64,000 nt of DNA. It comes from Candidatus Latescibacterota bacterium. GTDB taxonomy: Bacteria > Latescibacterota > UBA2968 > UBA8231. Shown one piece after another: positions 54,502 through 64,000 of the stretch; positions within the stretch are counted from its first letter, which is position 1; each line of letters begins with the position of its first letter. The position numbers and the translations under genes are program-made. The notes below the pieces were generated by a model. It had not been told where the DNA came from, did no database searches, and saw only the letters and a program-made list of their open reading frames with translations. The stretch lies in the NCBI GenBank assembly GCA_965261395.1, contig OZ253462.1:3040001-3104000 (forward strand). Direction: 5' to 3'.

Positions 54502-57486
54502 GTGACTGATACACGCCTTATAGAACGCTGGCTGCCGATCGCCGAGCTTGGCGAGGAGAGTATACGCGAGCGGACGCCCATGACACCGTTCCCAGCTCCG
54601 AATCGTCTTCACGTCTGGTGGGCGCGGCGGCCGTTGGTCGCAGCGCGAGCGGCGATCCTTGCGTCGCTGCTGCCGGCGGATGCCGACCGCGAGAAATTTT
54701 TGCATGTGCTGGGGATTCATGGAGATCCGGTGGCGGCACGGCGTAGGATTGATACTGCTCGCCGTCGAGGTGAACGATTTGAGGGAAAGGCTTATAGCTA
54801 TCCTCGGGCGTTCAGCTACGTTCCCGGTCCGGCTGACAAGAATTGGTTGAAGACTACTCTGAACGATTCTTTAGATAACTTCACGGTTCTCGACCCCACC
54901 GCTGGGGGAGGAAGCATTCCACTCGAGGTGGCGAGACTTGGTGCTGAAGCTACCGCGAATGATCTCAATCCGGTATCGACGTTGATAATGCGCGCTACGG
55001 TGAAATGGCCTTCCGAATACGGTGACGAACTCAAATCCGAATTTGAACATCTGTCAGAACGCTTTATTCGTACGAGAGAGGAGTGCCTCAAGCAATATTT
55101 TTCGCCAGAACCCAAATCAAACGCCATATCCACCAATTTCCTCTGGGCGCGCACCATCACCTGCCCCTATTGCGATGGTCTCGTGCCGCTGTCGCCGAAT
55201 TGGCGTCTCGCGCCCAGCGGTATTGGGGTCAGGCTGCGACCCAATCTCGAGTCTGGCCCTGGATCAACGGGTCGCGTCTGCTCGTTTGAGATCGTCGAGT
55301 CGGCGGCGGAACAGTCGCACGGCACGGTGTCGCGCGGCGACGGTACCTGCCCTTATGCCGATTGCGGGCGCGTCATTGATGGCGACCACATCAAGGCGCA
55401 GGCTCAAGCCGGGGACATGGGCGAGCAACTCTATGCGGTTGTTTACAAAGAACGGGTGCTCACCATCACCAAGACTGGGAAGACCCGCGAGAAATGGATT
55501 CGCGGCTACCGCGCGCCCCGGCCCGAGGACGACAACAGCGCCGAAATTGAGGAAGCACTCGCCGAGAAGCTGCCGGAGTGGGAAGCGCTGGACATGGTGC
55601 CGAGTGAGAGATTCCCCGAGGTGAGCAATGACGACCGCCCCATACAGTATGGGATGCCTTTGTGGCGAGACTTGTTTTCTCCGCGTCAGCTTCTTTGCCA
55701 TGGTACCAGCGTTGAGGTCTTTCGTGAAATGCTCGACGCCGACCGGGAAGCAGGCAAACTCGACGAGGTTCGGCAAGCGGCGTATGGGTACTTGGCTCTT
55801 TCACTGGACAAGTTGTTGAACTATAACTCACGCATGTCTGTCTGGATGCCGACTCGTGAAGTCGTTGCAAATACGTTTAACCGCCATGATTTTGCATTCT
55901 GCTGGTCCCATGCTGAAATGGCCCCTCTGATCGTCGGCCTCGGCTACGACTGGGCCATCGGACAAACAGCCAAGTGCATTAAGGAACTCGTCTCGCTGGT
56001 TCGCCCCGAAGCGAATGGTGCTGTCGGTGATCTATTCGGCAGCGCCGACGCGGCGGGATATACGCCCCCCCCGATCACCATCACTTGCAAGTCCGCCGAC
56101 AGCCTCGACCACATCGCCGATGGTAGCCTCGACGCGGTGATCATGGATCCACCCTACTACGATAATGTCATGTACGCTGAGCTATCGGACTTTTTCTATG
56201 TCTGGCTCAAGCGCACGGCCGGCTATGTCTTTCCCGAGTTGTTCCGCCGCCACCTGACGGACAAGGACAACGAGGCGGTCGCCAATCCCGCCAAGTTTCA
56301 AGGCCAGAAAGGTGCCTCTGCGCTGGCCGGGCGCGAGTATCAAGAGCGCATGGCTGCTATTTTTGCCGAGTGCCAGCGGGTGCTAAAGGCTGATGGGGTG
56401 ATGACTCTAATGTTTACCCACAAGGCGACCGGGGCGTGGGACGCGCTCACCAAGGGTCTGATGGAAGCGGGATTTGTCATCAGCGCGTCGTGGCCGATCA
56501 ACACCGAGGCCGAGGGTAGTCTGCACATCAAGGACAAGGCCGCGGCCAACAGCACCATCTTCTTGGTCTGCCGCCCACGCTCTCCCCGTGCAGAAGAGGA
56601 TACGCTAATGGTGCGCGAAGCACCGGCGGTTTACGGCGGAGCCACAACCTCGGTCTATTGGGAAGACGTGGAGCCGCAGGTTACGCGTGCGGTGCGGGCA
56701 CGGGTGGAGGAGTTTCAGCGAGCGGGCATTACCGGGGTTGATCTGTATCTCGCTTCCTTCGGTCCGGCTCTGGAGGAGTTTTCGCGCCACTGGCCATTGA
56801 AGCGAGGCTCGCCGCGTGAGGTTCCCAAGGAGCGTCGGCGACGGGTCCAGCAGGAATTGTTTGAAGAGGAATGGGATCCCTACGCCGCGACCCCGGAAGA
56901 CGCCCTCGACGTGGCTCGCCGCGAGGTCAAACGCTGGCGCTTGGAGCAACTGACTCATCTCAAGGCCAACGCCGATCTTGACCCTGCCACCGCCTTCTTC
57001 GTGCTTGCTTGGGACGCCTTCAAGGCACCGGTATTCTCCTATGACGAAGCACTGAGGCTCGCCCGCGCCGTCGGTATCGATCTCGACAACGACATCGTCG
57101 GGCGGCTCGCGCAGAAGAAAAGCAGCAATATCCTGCTGTGGGACAGCGCCCGCCGGGCGGCCAAGGGGGCACTCGGCCCGGCCGATGGTTCCCGAGGCAT
57201 GATCGACACCATCCACCATGCCGCCAATATGGCCCGCGTGCGCTCCCTTGAGGCCGCCCGGGAAATGCTCGCCGGTACTTTAGTGGACCAAGAGCCGCGT
57301 TTCTTCGCCGCCCTTGAAGCGGTGCTTGAGGTGCTACCGGTCTCCGGGGCCTTTACCGGCATTGAGCTTGAAGGCGACGCGGCGGCCTCGGGCAGTGACT
57401 TTGAGGCTCTCTACAACCTTGCCCGCCTCGCCTACGGCGACCAGATCGACGAGCCGGAGCAGCTCAAGCTATGGCGCGACGACTAG
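54502..57486 (+). CDS. DUF1156 amino-DNA methyltransferase
   Basis: LHVWWARRP, DPTAGGGSIP, Zn-ribbon CPYC, DPPYYDN. Confidence 0.92.
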   Translation: MTDTRLIERWLPIAELGEESIRERTPMTPFPAPNRLHVWWARRPLVAARAAILASLLPADADREKFLHVLGIHGDPVAARRRIDTARRRGERFEGKAYSYPRAFSYVPGPADKNWLKTTLNDSLDNFTVLDPTAGGGSIPLEVARLGAEATANDLNPVSTLIMRATVKWPSEYGDELKSEFEHLSERFIRTREECLKQYFSPEPKSNAISTNFLWARTITCPYCDGLVPLSPNWRLAPSGIGVRLRPNLESGPGSTGRVCSFEIVESAAEQSHGTVSRGDGTCPYADCGRVIDGDHIKAQAQAGDMGEQLYAVVYKERVLTITKTGKTREKWIRGYRAPRPEDDNSAEIEEALAEKLPEWEALDMVPSERFPEVSNDDRPIQYGMPLWRDLFSPRQLLCHGTSVEVFREMLDADREAGKLDEVRQAAYGYLALSLDKLLNYNSRMSVWMPTREVVANTFNRHDFAFCWSHAEMAPLIVGLGYDWAIGQTAKCIKELVSLVRPEANGAVGDLFGSADAAGYTPPPITITCKSADSLDHIADGSLDAVIMDPPYYDNVMYAELSDFFYVWLKRTAGYVFPELFRRHLTDKDNEAVANPAKFQGQKGASALAGREYQERMAAIFAECQRVLKADGVMTLMFTHKATGAWDALTKGLMEAGFVISASWPINTEAEGSLHIKDKAAANSTIFLVCRPRSPRAEEDTLMVREAPAVYGGATTSVYWEDVEPQVTRAVRARVEEFQRAGITGVDLYLASFGPALEEFSRHWPLKRGSPREVPKERRRRVQQELFEEEWDPYAATPEDALDVARREVKRWRLEQLTHLKANADLDPATAFFVLAWDAFKAPVFSYDEALRLARAVGIDLDNDIVGRLAQKKSSNILLWDSARRAAKGALGPADGSRGMIDTIHHAANMARVRSLEAAREMLAGTLVDQEPRFFAALEAVLEVLPVSGAFTGIELEGDAAASGSDFEALYNLARLAYGDQIDEPEQLKLWRDD

Positions 57487-60400
57487 CCGCTCGCGACTGG
57501 AAGCTCAAATACACTCCCGAAGACGGCGACCTCGTTCGGCTTTTCTACGTCCCGGCCCTTGAAGACGCTCGGCGCTACGATCGGCTAACGGGGTACTTCA
57601 ATGCGGGGGCATTGGCGTTAGCCGCACGCGGCATTGAGGGCTTGATACAAAACAAAGGCCGGATGCGGCTCATCGTCGGTTGCACGCTTGAGTCGCCGGA
57701 GATCGAAGCTATCGAGCGAGGCGAAAAACTGCGCGACCTCGTCCAACAACACTTGACTAGTCTGCCCCTAGACCCGCCCGACCCGGCCTCCTCTCAAGCA
57801 CTGGAACTCTTAGCTTGGATGATTGCCCGCGACTATCTCGAAGTTAAAGTCGCGGTACCGTGCAATAAGCGCCGGCAACCTGTTTGTAACGAAGCTCTAT
57901 TTCACGAAAAGGCGGGTACTATAAAAGACGGAGCCGGCGACCGGATTGCTTGGAACGGTAGTCTCAACGAGACCGTCGCTGGTTGGCAGCGCAACTGGGA
58001 AAGCATCAACGTCTATAGGAGTTGGGAAGAGCCGGAGCGAGTCGAGGTCGAAGAAGCGAATTTCGCCCACCTGTGGGCTGGCCAGTCCCAGCAAGTGATT
58101 GTGCTCAATGTGCCCGAGGCCGTGCGGCAAGATCTGCTGCGCTTCATGCCCACCACCGACCTGCCGACGAGGTTGATGGAACTCCCAGAGAGGATGTCCG
58201 ATGCGGATCGTCGCAACCGGGTATGGGCCCTTATCGAGCGCGCCCCGTCTCTGCCTAGGGGTGGCGCACGGGTCGGCGAGGCAACCGCAGCGGTAACTCC
58301 TTGGCCGCATCAGGTACAGGTGTTTGAGCGACTGTATAGCCAATGGCCGCCCAAACTACTCATCGCCGACGAGGTGGGGCTGGGCAAGACCATTGAGGCA
58401 GGGCTGCTCTTGCGCCAAGCGTGGCTGGCCGGACGAGCAAAGCGCATCCTGATCCTCGCCCCCAAGGCCGTACTCAAACAGTGGCAAATCGAGCTTCGAG
58501 AGAAGTTCAATCTCAATTGGCCCGTGTACGACAGCGCGGCAGGCAAGCTATTGTGGTATCCTTCGCCGGCAATGCGCGGGCGGCACGAGTGCCTAGTCAA
58601 TAGGCAAGACTGGCACCGAGAGCCGGTGGTAATTGCGTCTAGTCAACTCATGCGCCGGGACGACCGGTTGGGCCAGCTTCTCGAAGATGCCGAGCCGTGG
58701 GACTTGGTAGTACTCGACGAAGCCCATCACGCCCGCCGGCAATCCCCCGGCAACCCACCGTACGATCAACCCAATAAATTGCTTCGACTCATGCGGGGGC
58801 TCAAAGAGCGGACCGAGGGTTTGGTATTACTGACAGCGACGCCCATGCAGGTCCATCCCATTGAAGTGTGGGATTTATTGGACCTGTTGGGCTTGCCGCC
58901 GGAATGGACTGCCGAGGCGTTTCTCCGCTTCTTCGACGATATAGGGCAATCAAACCTCGCGCCGGAGGACATGGAGCGCGTGGCGCAGTTATTCCAGGCG
59001 ACGGAACGCTGTTTTGGTGAGGCCACGAAGGACGCTGCTCAACGCCTTACGGGCTTGTCTTCGCTAATGGCCAATAAGGTTCTGCACGCCTTGCGCGATC
59101 CTTCCAGTTACCCGCGCCGTCAGTTGGATACCAAGGAACGTCAGGCGGCGCGCAATCTCTTGTGCCGATACACGCCGATCCAACACTTGGTATCGCGGCA
59201 CACTCGAGACCTCTTGCGTCGATACTTCAAGGCTGGAATGCTCTCGACGCCTATCGCCGGTCGCCAAGTTGAAGATCGGTTCATCGATCTGACCGCCGCC
59301 GAACGCGCGCTCTACGAGGAGCTTGAGGAGTACATCGCTAGTACGTATAACCAAGCCAGCGCCCGAGATCGATCGGCTGTGGGCTTTGTGATGACTATCT
59401 ACCGCCGTCGGCTCGCCAGTAGCTTCCGTGCTTTGCACTATACGCTTAGTGGCCACCTTGCCGCCATGACCGCTGTCGACCAAAGTCAGTTGACGGGATC
59501 GGAAGAGGACGCGCCCGACGACGAAGCCGTTGATGAGGTGCTAGACGCCGACGAGGTGGCGGCTATGGAGCGCGAGGTTCTCGTCGCTGAGGAGACTGAC
59601 GCTATCGAGCACCTGCTCGACCTCATTGGCCGTCTGCCGCCGGATAGCAAGCTCGAAAGCCTCAAAGATGTGCTCGACGAGTTGCGTGCGGCTGGCTTTA
59701 AACAGGCGATGGTGTTTACCCAGTACACCGACACCATGGATTTCCTGCGCGAAGCCCTTGCCGCCGACACCAACCTGCGCCTAATGTGCTATTCGGGCCG
59801 GGGCGGCGAGATTCGCTCTGTGGACGGATCGTGGAACGGGGTATCCCGAGACGACGCCCGACGCCGGTTCCGCAGTGGGGAAGCCGATGTGCTGCTGTGT
59901 ACCGACGCTGCTGCCGAGGGGCTCAACTTTCAGTTCTGCGGTGCGCTGATCAACTACGATATGCCGTGGAATCCGATGCGAGTTGAACAGCGCATCGGAC
60001 GCATTGACCGCCTCGGCCAGGAGCATCCGACCATCCGCATTGTCAACTTGCACTACGAAGGCACAGTCGAGACCGACGTGTATCGGGTGCTCCGCGATCG
60101 CATCAGTTTATTCGAGTCGGTGGTTGGACGCTTACAGCCTATTCTGGCGCAGTTGCCGCGTACCATTGCCGATGCGGTGCTTTCACGGCGCGGTAATGTC
60201 TCCGAGATGATCAACCGACAGGTAGATGAGGCCCGAACCGACGGCTTTGACCTCGATACCGTATTGATTGAAGATGCCACCTTTCCAGAGCGTGCCCCGT
60301 CGCCGGTCGTACTCGATGACCTCACCCGAGTAATCACATCGCCCGACCTTATGCCGCCTGGAACCCGTGTCCAGCCATTGGGCCCCCGCGAATACGGCTT

Positions 60401-60581
60401 GTCAGTGCCAGGCGCACAAGAGCCCCTGCGGGTGACTACCGATCCTGACTACTACGGAGAGAACGCGGAGAGCATGGAACTGTGGTCGCCGGGCAATCCT
60501 TTGTTCCAAGCCCCCGAATCGGAGGCGCGAACGGAACATTTTTCAGCCGACGAGACCTTAAAAGATATTCTCGATAGTTGA
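57471..60581 (+). CDS. PLD-nuclease / SNF2 helicase fusion
   Basis: HEK..D...GSLNET, DEVGLGKT, DEAH, TATP, EGLNFQ, QRIGRIDR. Confidence 0.92.
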   Translation: MARRLAARDWKLKYTPEDGDLVRLFYVPALEDARRYDRLTGYFNAGALALAARGIEGLIQNKGRMRLIVGCTLESPEIEAIERGEKLRDLVQQHLTSLPLDPPDPASSQALELLAWMIARDYLEVKVAVPCNKRRQPVCNEALFHEKAGTIKDGAGDRIAWNGSLNETVAGWQRNWESINVYRSWEEPERVEVEEANFAHLWAGQSQQVIVLNVPEAVRQDLLRFMPTTDLPTRLMELPERMSDADRRNRVWALIERAPSLPRGGARVGEATAAVTPWPHQVQVFERLYSQWPPKLLIADEVGLGKTIEAGLLLRQAWLAGRAKRILILAPKAVLKQWQIELREKFNLNWPVYDSAAGKLLWYPSPAMRGRHECLVNRQDWHREPVVIASSQLMRRDDRLGQLLEDAEPWDLVVLDEAHHARRQSPGNPPYDQPNKLLRLMRGLKERTEGLVLLTATPMQVHPIEVWDLLDLLGLPPEWTAEAFLRFFDDIGQSNLAPEDMERVAQLFQATERCFGEATKDAAQRLTGLSSLMANKVLHALRDPSSYPRRQLDTKERQAARNLLCRYTPIQHLVSRHTRDLLRRYFKAGMLSTPIAGRQVEDRFIDLTAAERALYEELEEYIASTYNQASARDRSAVGFVMTIYRRRLASSFRALHYTLSGHLAAMTAVDQSQLTGSEEDAPDDEAVDEVLDADEVAAMEREVLVAEETDAIEHLLDLIGRLPPDSKLESLKDVLDELRAAGFKQAMVFTQYTDTMDFLREALAADTNLRLMCYSGRGGEIRSVDGSWNGVSRDDARRRFRSGEADVLLCTDAAAEGLNFQFCGALINYDMPWNPMRVEQRIGRIDRLGQEHPTIRIVNLHYEGTVETDVYRVLRDRISLFESVVGRLQPILAQLPRTIADAVLSRRGNVSEMINRQVDEARTDGFDLDTVLIEDATFPERAPSPVVLDDLTRVITSPDLMPPGTRVQPLGPREYGLSVPGAQEPLRVTTDPDYYGENAESMELWSPGNPLFQAPESEARTEHFSADETLKDILDS

Positions 60582-60666
60582 GATCTATGAGATCTATCGG
60601 TGAGCTTGTGTTTTCTTTAAATAGGATGCTTTTATAAACAATGCTTACAGCAGGTACCTGTGGAGG

Positions 60667-61395
60667 ATGAAACTCATGTTCGGAACCATTCGCAACCCGT
60701 CCGGCGAAGTGCTGGACTACACTTTTCACGCTGGCACGGAGGGATCGCGGCACATCGCCGTCTTGGGGCACGGTGTGACCGGCAACAAGGATCGCCCCTT
60801 TGTCGTAGCGCTCGCCGAGGGGCTAGCGGCCGCTGGCATCCACGCGCTGCGCTTTTCCTTTGCCGGTAACGGCGCGTCCGAAGGCCGCTTTGCCGACGCG
60901 ACGATCTCTAAAGAGGTCGGGGACCTCGGCGCGGTGCTCAGCGCCTTAGACGGCTACTCGGTTTGCTATGTCGGCCACAGCATGGGGGGGGCGGTCGGCG
61001 TCTTGCGCACCAGCCGCGACGAGCGCATCCGTCTGCTCGTCTCTTTGGCGGGCATGGTGCATACCCGCGCCTTTGCCGAGCGCGAGTTCGGCGAGGAGGT
61101 GCCCGACGAGGGCTGCATGTGGGACGAGCCAGACTGCCCGCTCTCGCGGGTCTATATGGACGACATGGCCCAGATCGACACCGTGGTGGAGCGTGGGGCC
61201 GAGATAGTAGTGCCTTGGCTGCTGATCCACGGCAGCGAGGACGACGTGGTGCCGATTGCCGACTCGCACGACATCCTCGCCCAAGCCAGCGACAACGCCG
61301 AACTCGTGGTCATCGACGGAGCCGACCACGTCTTTAGCGAACACGCTCAGGTCATGGTCGAAAGGGTCGTCGGCTGGCTACAAGGGCAGTCGTAG
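60667..61395 (+). CDS. Alpha/beta hydrolase
   Basis: HG, GHSMGG, HGSEDDVV, GADH; GGAGG RBS. Confidence 0.92.
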   Translation: MKLMFGTIRNPSGEVLDYTFHAGTEGSRHIAVLGHGVTGNKDRPFVVALAEGLAAAGIHALRFSFAGNGASEGRFADATISKEVGDLGAVLSALDGYSVCYVGHSMGGAVGVLRTSRDERIRLLVSLAGMVHTRAFAEREFGEEVPDEGCMWDEPDCPLSRVYMDDMAQIDTVVERGAEIVVPWLLIHGSEDDVVPIADSHDILAQASDNAELVVIDGADHVFSEHAQVMVERVVGWLQGQS

Positions 61396-61486
61396 ATCGC
61401 CGCCTACCAGAGATCGCGCTCAACTCCTATCTTTAAAGGAGTACGCCCGGCAATCCCGCCGGTCATGCGCGCTGCCAAGCTAAGCC

Positions 61487-64000
61487 ATGCAAAAGAAAAC
61501 GCCGAGTCGCCTGAGCGCTCGCCAGCAACGGACCTTGCTGGCGGTAGTGGCCTTGGGCGTCTTCATGGTCGCCGATACGCTCTATCTGCTGACCAACCGG
61601 CTGGCCGACGTCTTGGACTCGGGTTATTTCGCGGTCACCGACATTTCCCTGCCCAAGTTTTACCAGGGCATGGTGCTGTTGCATACGGGCGTCGGTCTGG
61701 TGCTGGTGGTGTTGGCGATGGGCTTTGTGGCTTGGCATTTACCGGCCGTGTGGCGCAGAAGCCGCAAGCGGGCCATCCTCACCGGCATCGCCACGCTGAC
61801 GCTGGGGATCTTACTGGCCATCAGCGGGCTGTTCATCCTCAGCGCGGCGAGCAACCGCGGCAATCCGGTGGCCTACTGGAGCCACGTGGCCGCGGCGGTT
61901 TTAGTCCCTCTCTTTTACTTGGCGCACCGCCGCCTCTCGCTGTGGAAACCCTCCGCGCGGAGCTATCGCATCGTGCCCGTAGCGGTGGTTGGGCTGTTGG
62001 CGCTAGCCGTGGTGCTACACGGGTTGACCTATAGCGGCGAGCAGTACACGCAGGCGGCCGAGCAGGCATTCGCCGCTGGCAAGCACACCGGCCCGGGTTC
62101 CAAGGCGCGGCAGGTCGCCGACTTTGCCCCAGACGACTTCGTACCCGCCAATTTCGTCCCCGCCGCAAGTCCCTTTTTCCCGGCGGCTACTACGACTACG
62201 ACCGGCGACATTCTGCCCTCGCGGATCATCACTCGCGGCGATCTTTCGCAGCCAGAGAAACTTGCCGGGGACCTCGACGAGTACGGCTTTGTGGTCAACG
62301 AGCCGATTGGCTCGGAGACTTGCGCCCGTTGCCACGCGGCGGTCGTCGAACAGTGGGCGACATCGGCGCATCGCTTTGCCTCGTTCAACAACCCCTTCTA
62401 CGAGGCGACGATCAACGACATGCGCAGCAACTCGACCGAGAGCAACGCGGAGGTCGCCGCCCATATCGCCTATTACAAGGGCTTGGCGGGCGAGGAGGGC
62501 AAAATTAAGTCCAAGTGGTGCTCGGGTTGCCACGATCCGGCGCTGATGCTGGCGGGCAAAATGACCGAAGAGATTGACCGCGCCTCGCCCCAAGCCCAAG
62601 CCGGGCTGACCTGTCTGGGCTGCCACGCCATTGACGAAATTCACGATCAGACCGGCAACGGCAACTACAACATCGCCGACGAGCAAGAGGATCCCTATCT
62701 GTTCGCCAAGGCCAAAGAAGGCGCTGGCCGCTTCGTGCACGACACTGCGCTGAAGGCGCGGCCCATCGTCCACAAAAAGCAGATGCTCAAGCCCTTCTTC
62801 CGCACCTCTGAGTTTTGCGCTACCTGCCACAAGGTCAGCCTCGACTCGCGCGTCAATGGCTACCGCTGGCTGCGCGGCCAAGACGAATATGACAATTGGC
62901 ACGACAGCGGCGTGGCGCTCAACGCCTCCAGGACTTTCTATCTGCCCGGTGTTAAGCGGGTCTGCCAGGACTGCCACATGCCGCTGGAGGAAGCGGTCGC
63001 CGGAGACGTGTCGGCGCGGGATGGGTACGTCAAGTCGCACCGCTTTTTGGCGGTCAACACGGCTTTGCCCTACATCCGCGGCGATGAGGAGACTATCGCG
63101 CGGATTGAGGAATTTCTGCAAGACGAAAAACTCAGCGTCGATGTGTTCGCGCTGCACCATCAAGAAGAAGCGCACTACGCGCTGGACAAGAGTCAGCCAA
63201 CGCTGATGCCCGGCGGCGAGTACGCATTTGACGTGGTGGTGCGCAACAAGGGCGTCGGGCACACCTTCCCAGGCGGGACCAACGATTCCAACGAGGGCTG
63301 GCTAGAGGTCTCGGTGGTAGGCAACGACGACGCAGTGCTAGCTTTGAACGGGGCGGTGCAAGACGATGGGCACGTCGATTTGGGGGCGCATTTTTACAAG
63401 GCGCTGATGGTCGATGCAAAAGGCCAAGCCATCCATCGGCGTAACGCCCAGGACATCGTCACGGCCGTGTACGTGCGCACCATTGGTCCGGGTACGGCGG
63501 ATGTAGCTCACTACAGCTTCCAGGTGCCCGCAGACTACGCGGGGCGCAAGCTGACGCTGCGGGCGCGGCTGCTGTGGCGCAAGTTCGACCGCGCCTATAC
63601 GGAGTTTGCCTTCAACAGCAACCGCCAGGGCTTCCGCCGCTTCGACCAAGTGCCGGAGTTGCCGATAACTGAAATCGCCCGCAGCGAGGTGGAGCTAATG
63701 GTGGGAGGGCCGCCCGCGACGGGTGCGCCGGATGCGGGCGACTGGATGCGCTTCAACGACTATGGGATTGGCTTGCTGCTCCAAGACGATACCCAAGGTG
63801 CTGCACGGGCCTTTGCGACGGTGGAACAGCTAGCGCCCAAGCGCCTAGACGGCTGCCGCAACTTGGCTAGGGTTGCGGTGCGCGACGGCCACCTGGAGCG
63901 GGCCTATGAGCATTTGGAGGACTGCGAGGGGTTAGTTAGCGGCGACGGGCAGACGGCTTGGGTCTGGGGGGTGGTATTGCAAGAGGACGGCCGCTACGAG
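61487..64000 (+). CDS. Membrane-anchored multiheme cytochrome c with TPR-like region (3'-partial, not in the ORF track)
   Basis: N-terminal TM helices; in-frame CARCH 62321, CSGCH 62519, CLGCH 62612, CATCH 62816, CQDCH 62963. Confidence 0.85.
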   Translation, partial: MQKKTPSRLSARQQRTLLAVVALGVFMVADTLYLLTNRLADVLDSGYFAVTDISLPKFYQGMVLLHTGVGLVLVVLAMGFVAWHLPAVWRRSRKRAILTGIATLTLGILLAISGLFILSAASNRGNPVAYWSHVAAAVLVPLFYLAHRRLSLWKPSARSYRIVPVAVVGLLALAVVLHGLTYSGEQYTQAAEQAFAAGKHTGPGSKARQVADFAPDDFVPANFVPAASPFFPAATTTTTGDILPSRIITRGDLSQPEKLAGDLDEYGFVVNEPIGSETCARCHAAVVEQWATSAHRFASFNNPFYEATINDMRSNSTESNAEVAAHIAYYKGLAGEEGKIKSKWCSGCHDPALMLAGKMTEEIDRASPQAQAGLTCLGCHAIDEIHDQTGNGNYNIADEQEDPYLFAKAKEGAGRFVHDTALKARPIVHKKQMLKPFFRTSEFCATCHKVSLDSRVNGYRWLRGQDEYDNWHDSGVALNASRTFYLPGVKRVCQDCHMPLEEAVAGDVSARDGYVKSHRFLAVNTALPYIRGDEETIARIEEFLQDEKLSVDVFALHHQEEAHYALDKSQPTLMPGGEYAFDVVVRNKGVGHTFPGGTNDSNEGWLEVSVVGNDDAVLALNGAVQDDGHVDLGAHFYKALMVDAKGQAIHRRNAQDIVTAVYVRTIGPGTADVAHYSFQVPADYAGRKLTLRARLLWRKFDRAYTEFAFNSNRQGFRRFDQVPELPITEIARSEVELMVGGPPATGAPDAGDWMRFNDYGIGLLLQDDTQGAARAFATVEQLAPKRLDGCRNLARVAVRDGHLERAYEHLEDCEGLVSGDGQTAWVWGVVLQEDGRYE

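Larger units (their letters stand above)
45462..60590 (+). mobile_element. Defence island at the ackA 3' end (no integrase seen)
   Basis: Nine co-oriented defence-type genes; internal direct repeats; right border inferred. Confidence 0.6.

Noticed and set aside
47707-60581. BREX or DISARM call
   Set aside because: No PglZ, BrxC partners or DrmA/DrmB (DUF1998) recognisable.
62015-63262. 415-aa minus-strand ORF and similar long antisense ORFs (22342-23424, 44299-45378)
   Set aside because: Shadow frames of GC-rich genes that have clear motifs on the opposite strand.

Overview
GC-rich bacterial chromosomal window. The two kinds of C-terminal secretion-type tails (FlgD-like PFN..YNxxGQ..WDG and SWGQVK) suggest an FCB-group candidate lineage such as Latescibacterota (inference). 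Contents in order: ABC transporter/TauE/aldo-keto reductase genes; two tandem subtilases with IPT/TIG arrays; an orphan Panacea (SocA-like) antitoxin; a Trp-attenuator-led aromatic supraoperon (trpE(G)-trpG-trpD-trpC-trpS-CM-tyrA-degenerate aroA-aroE-argS-aroK-aroB-rimO); sixA/PTS-IIA; a polysaccharide locus; sugar-acid catabolism genes; ackA; a ~15 kb defence island (Septu-like PtuAB, then a DUF499/DUF1156/PLD-SNF2 restriction-like system with a Menshen-like triad nested inside); and a partial multiheme cytochrome-TPR gene. The most striking pattern is that three unrelated defence/TA cassettes each sit directly behind a gene and each ends with a second copy of that gene's 3' end (16, 75 and 10 bp). 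No integrase or transposase is visible in the window. Family assignments come from motif recognition by eye, not from database searches.
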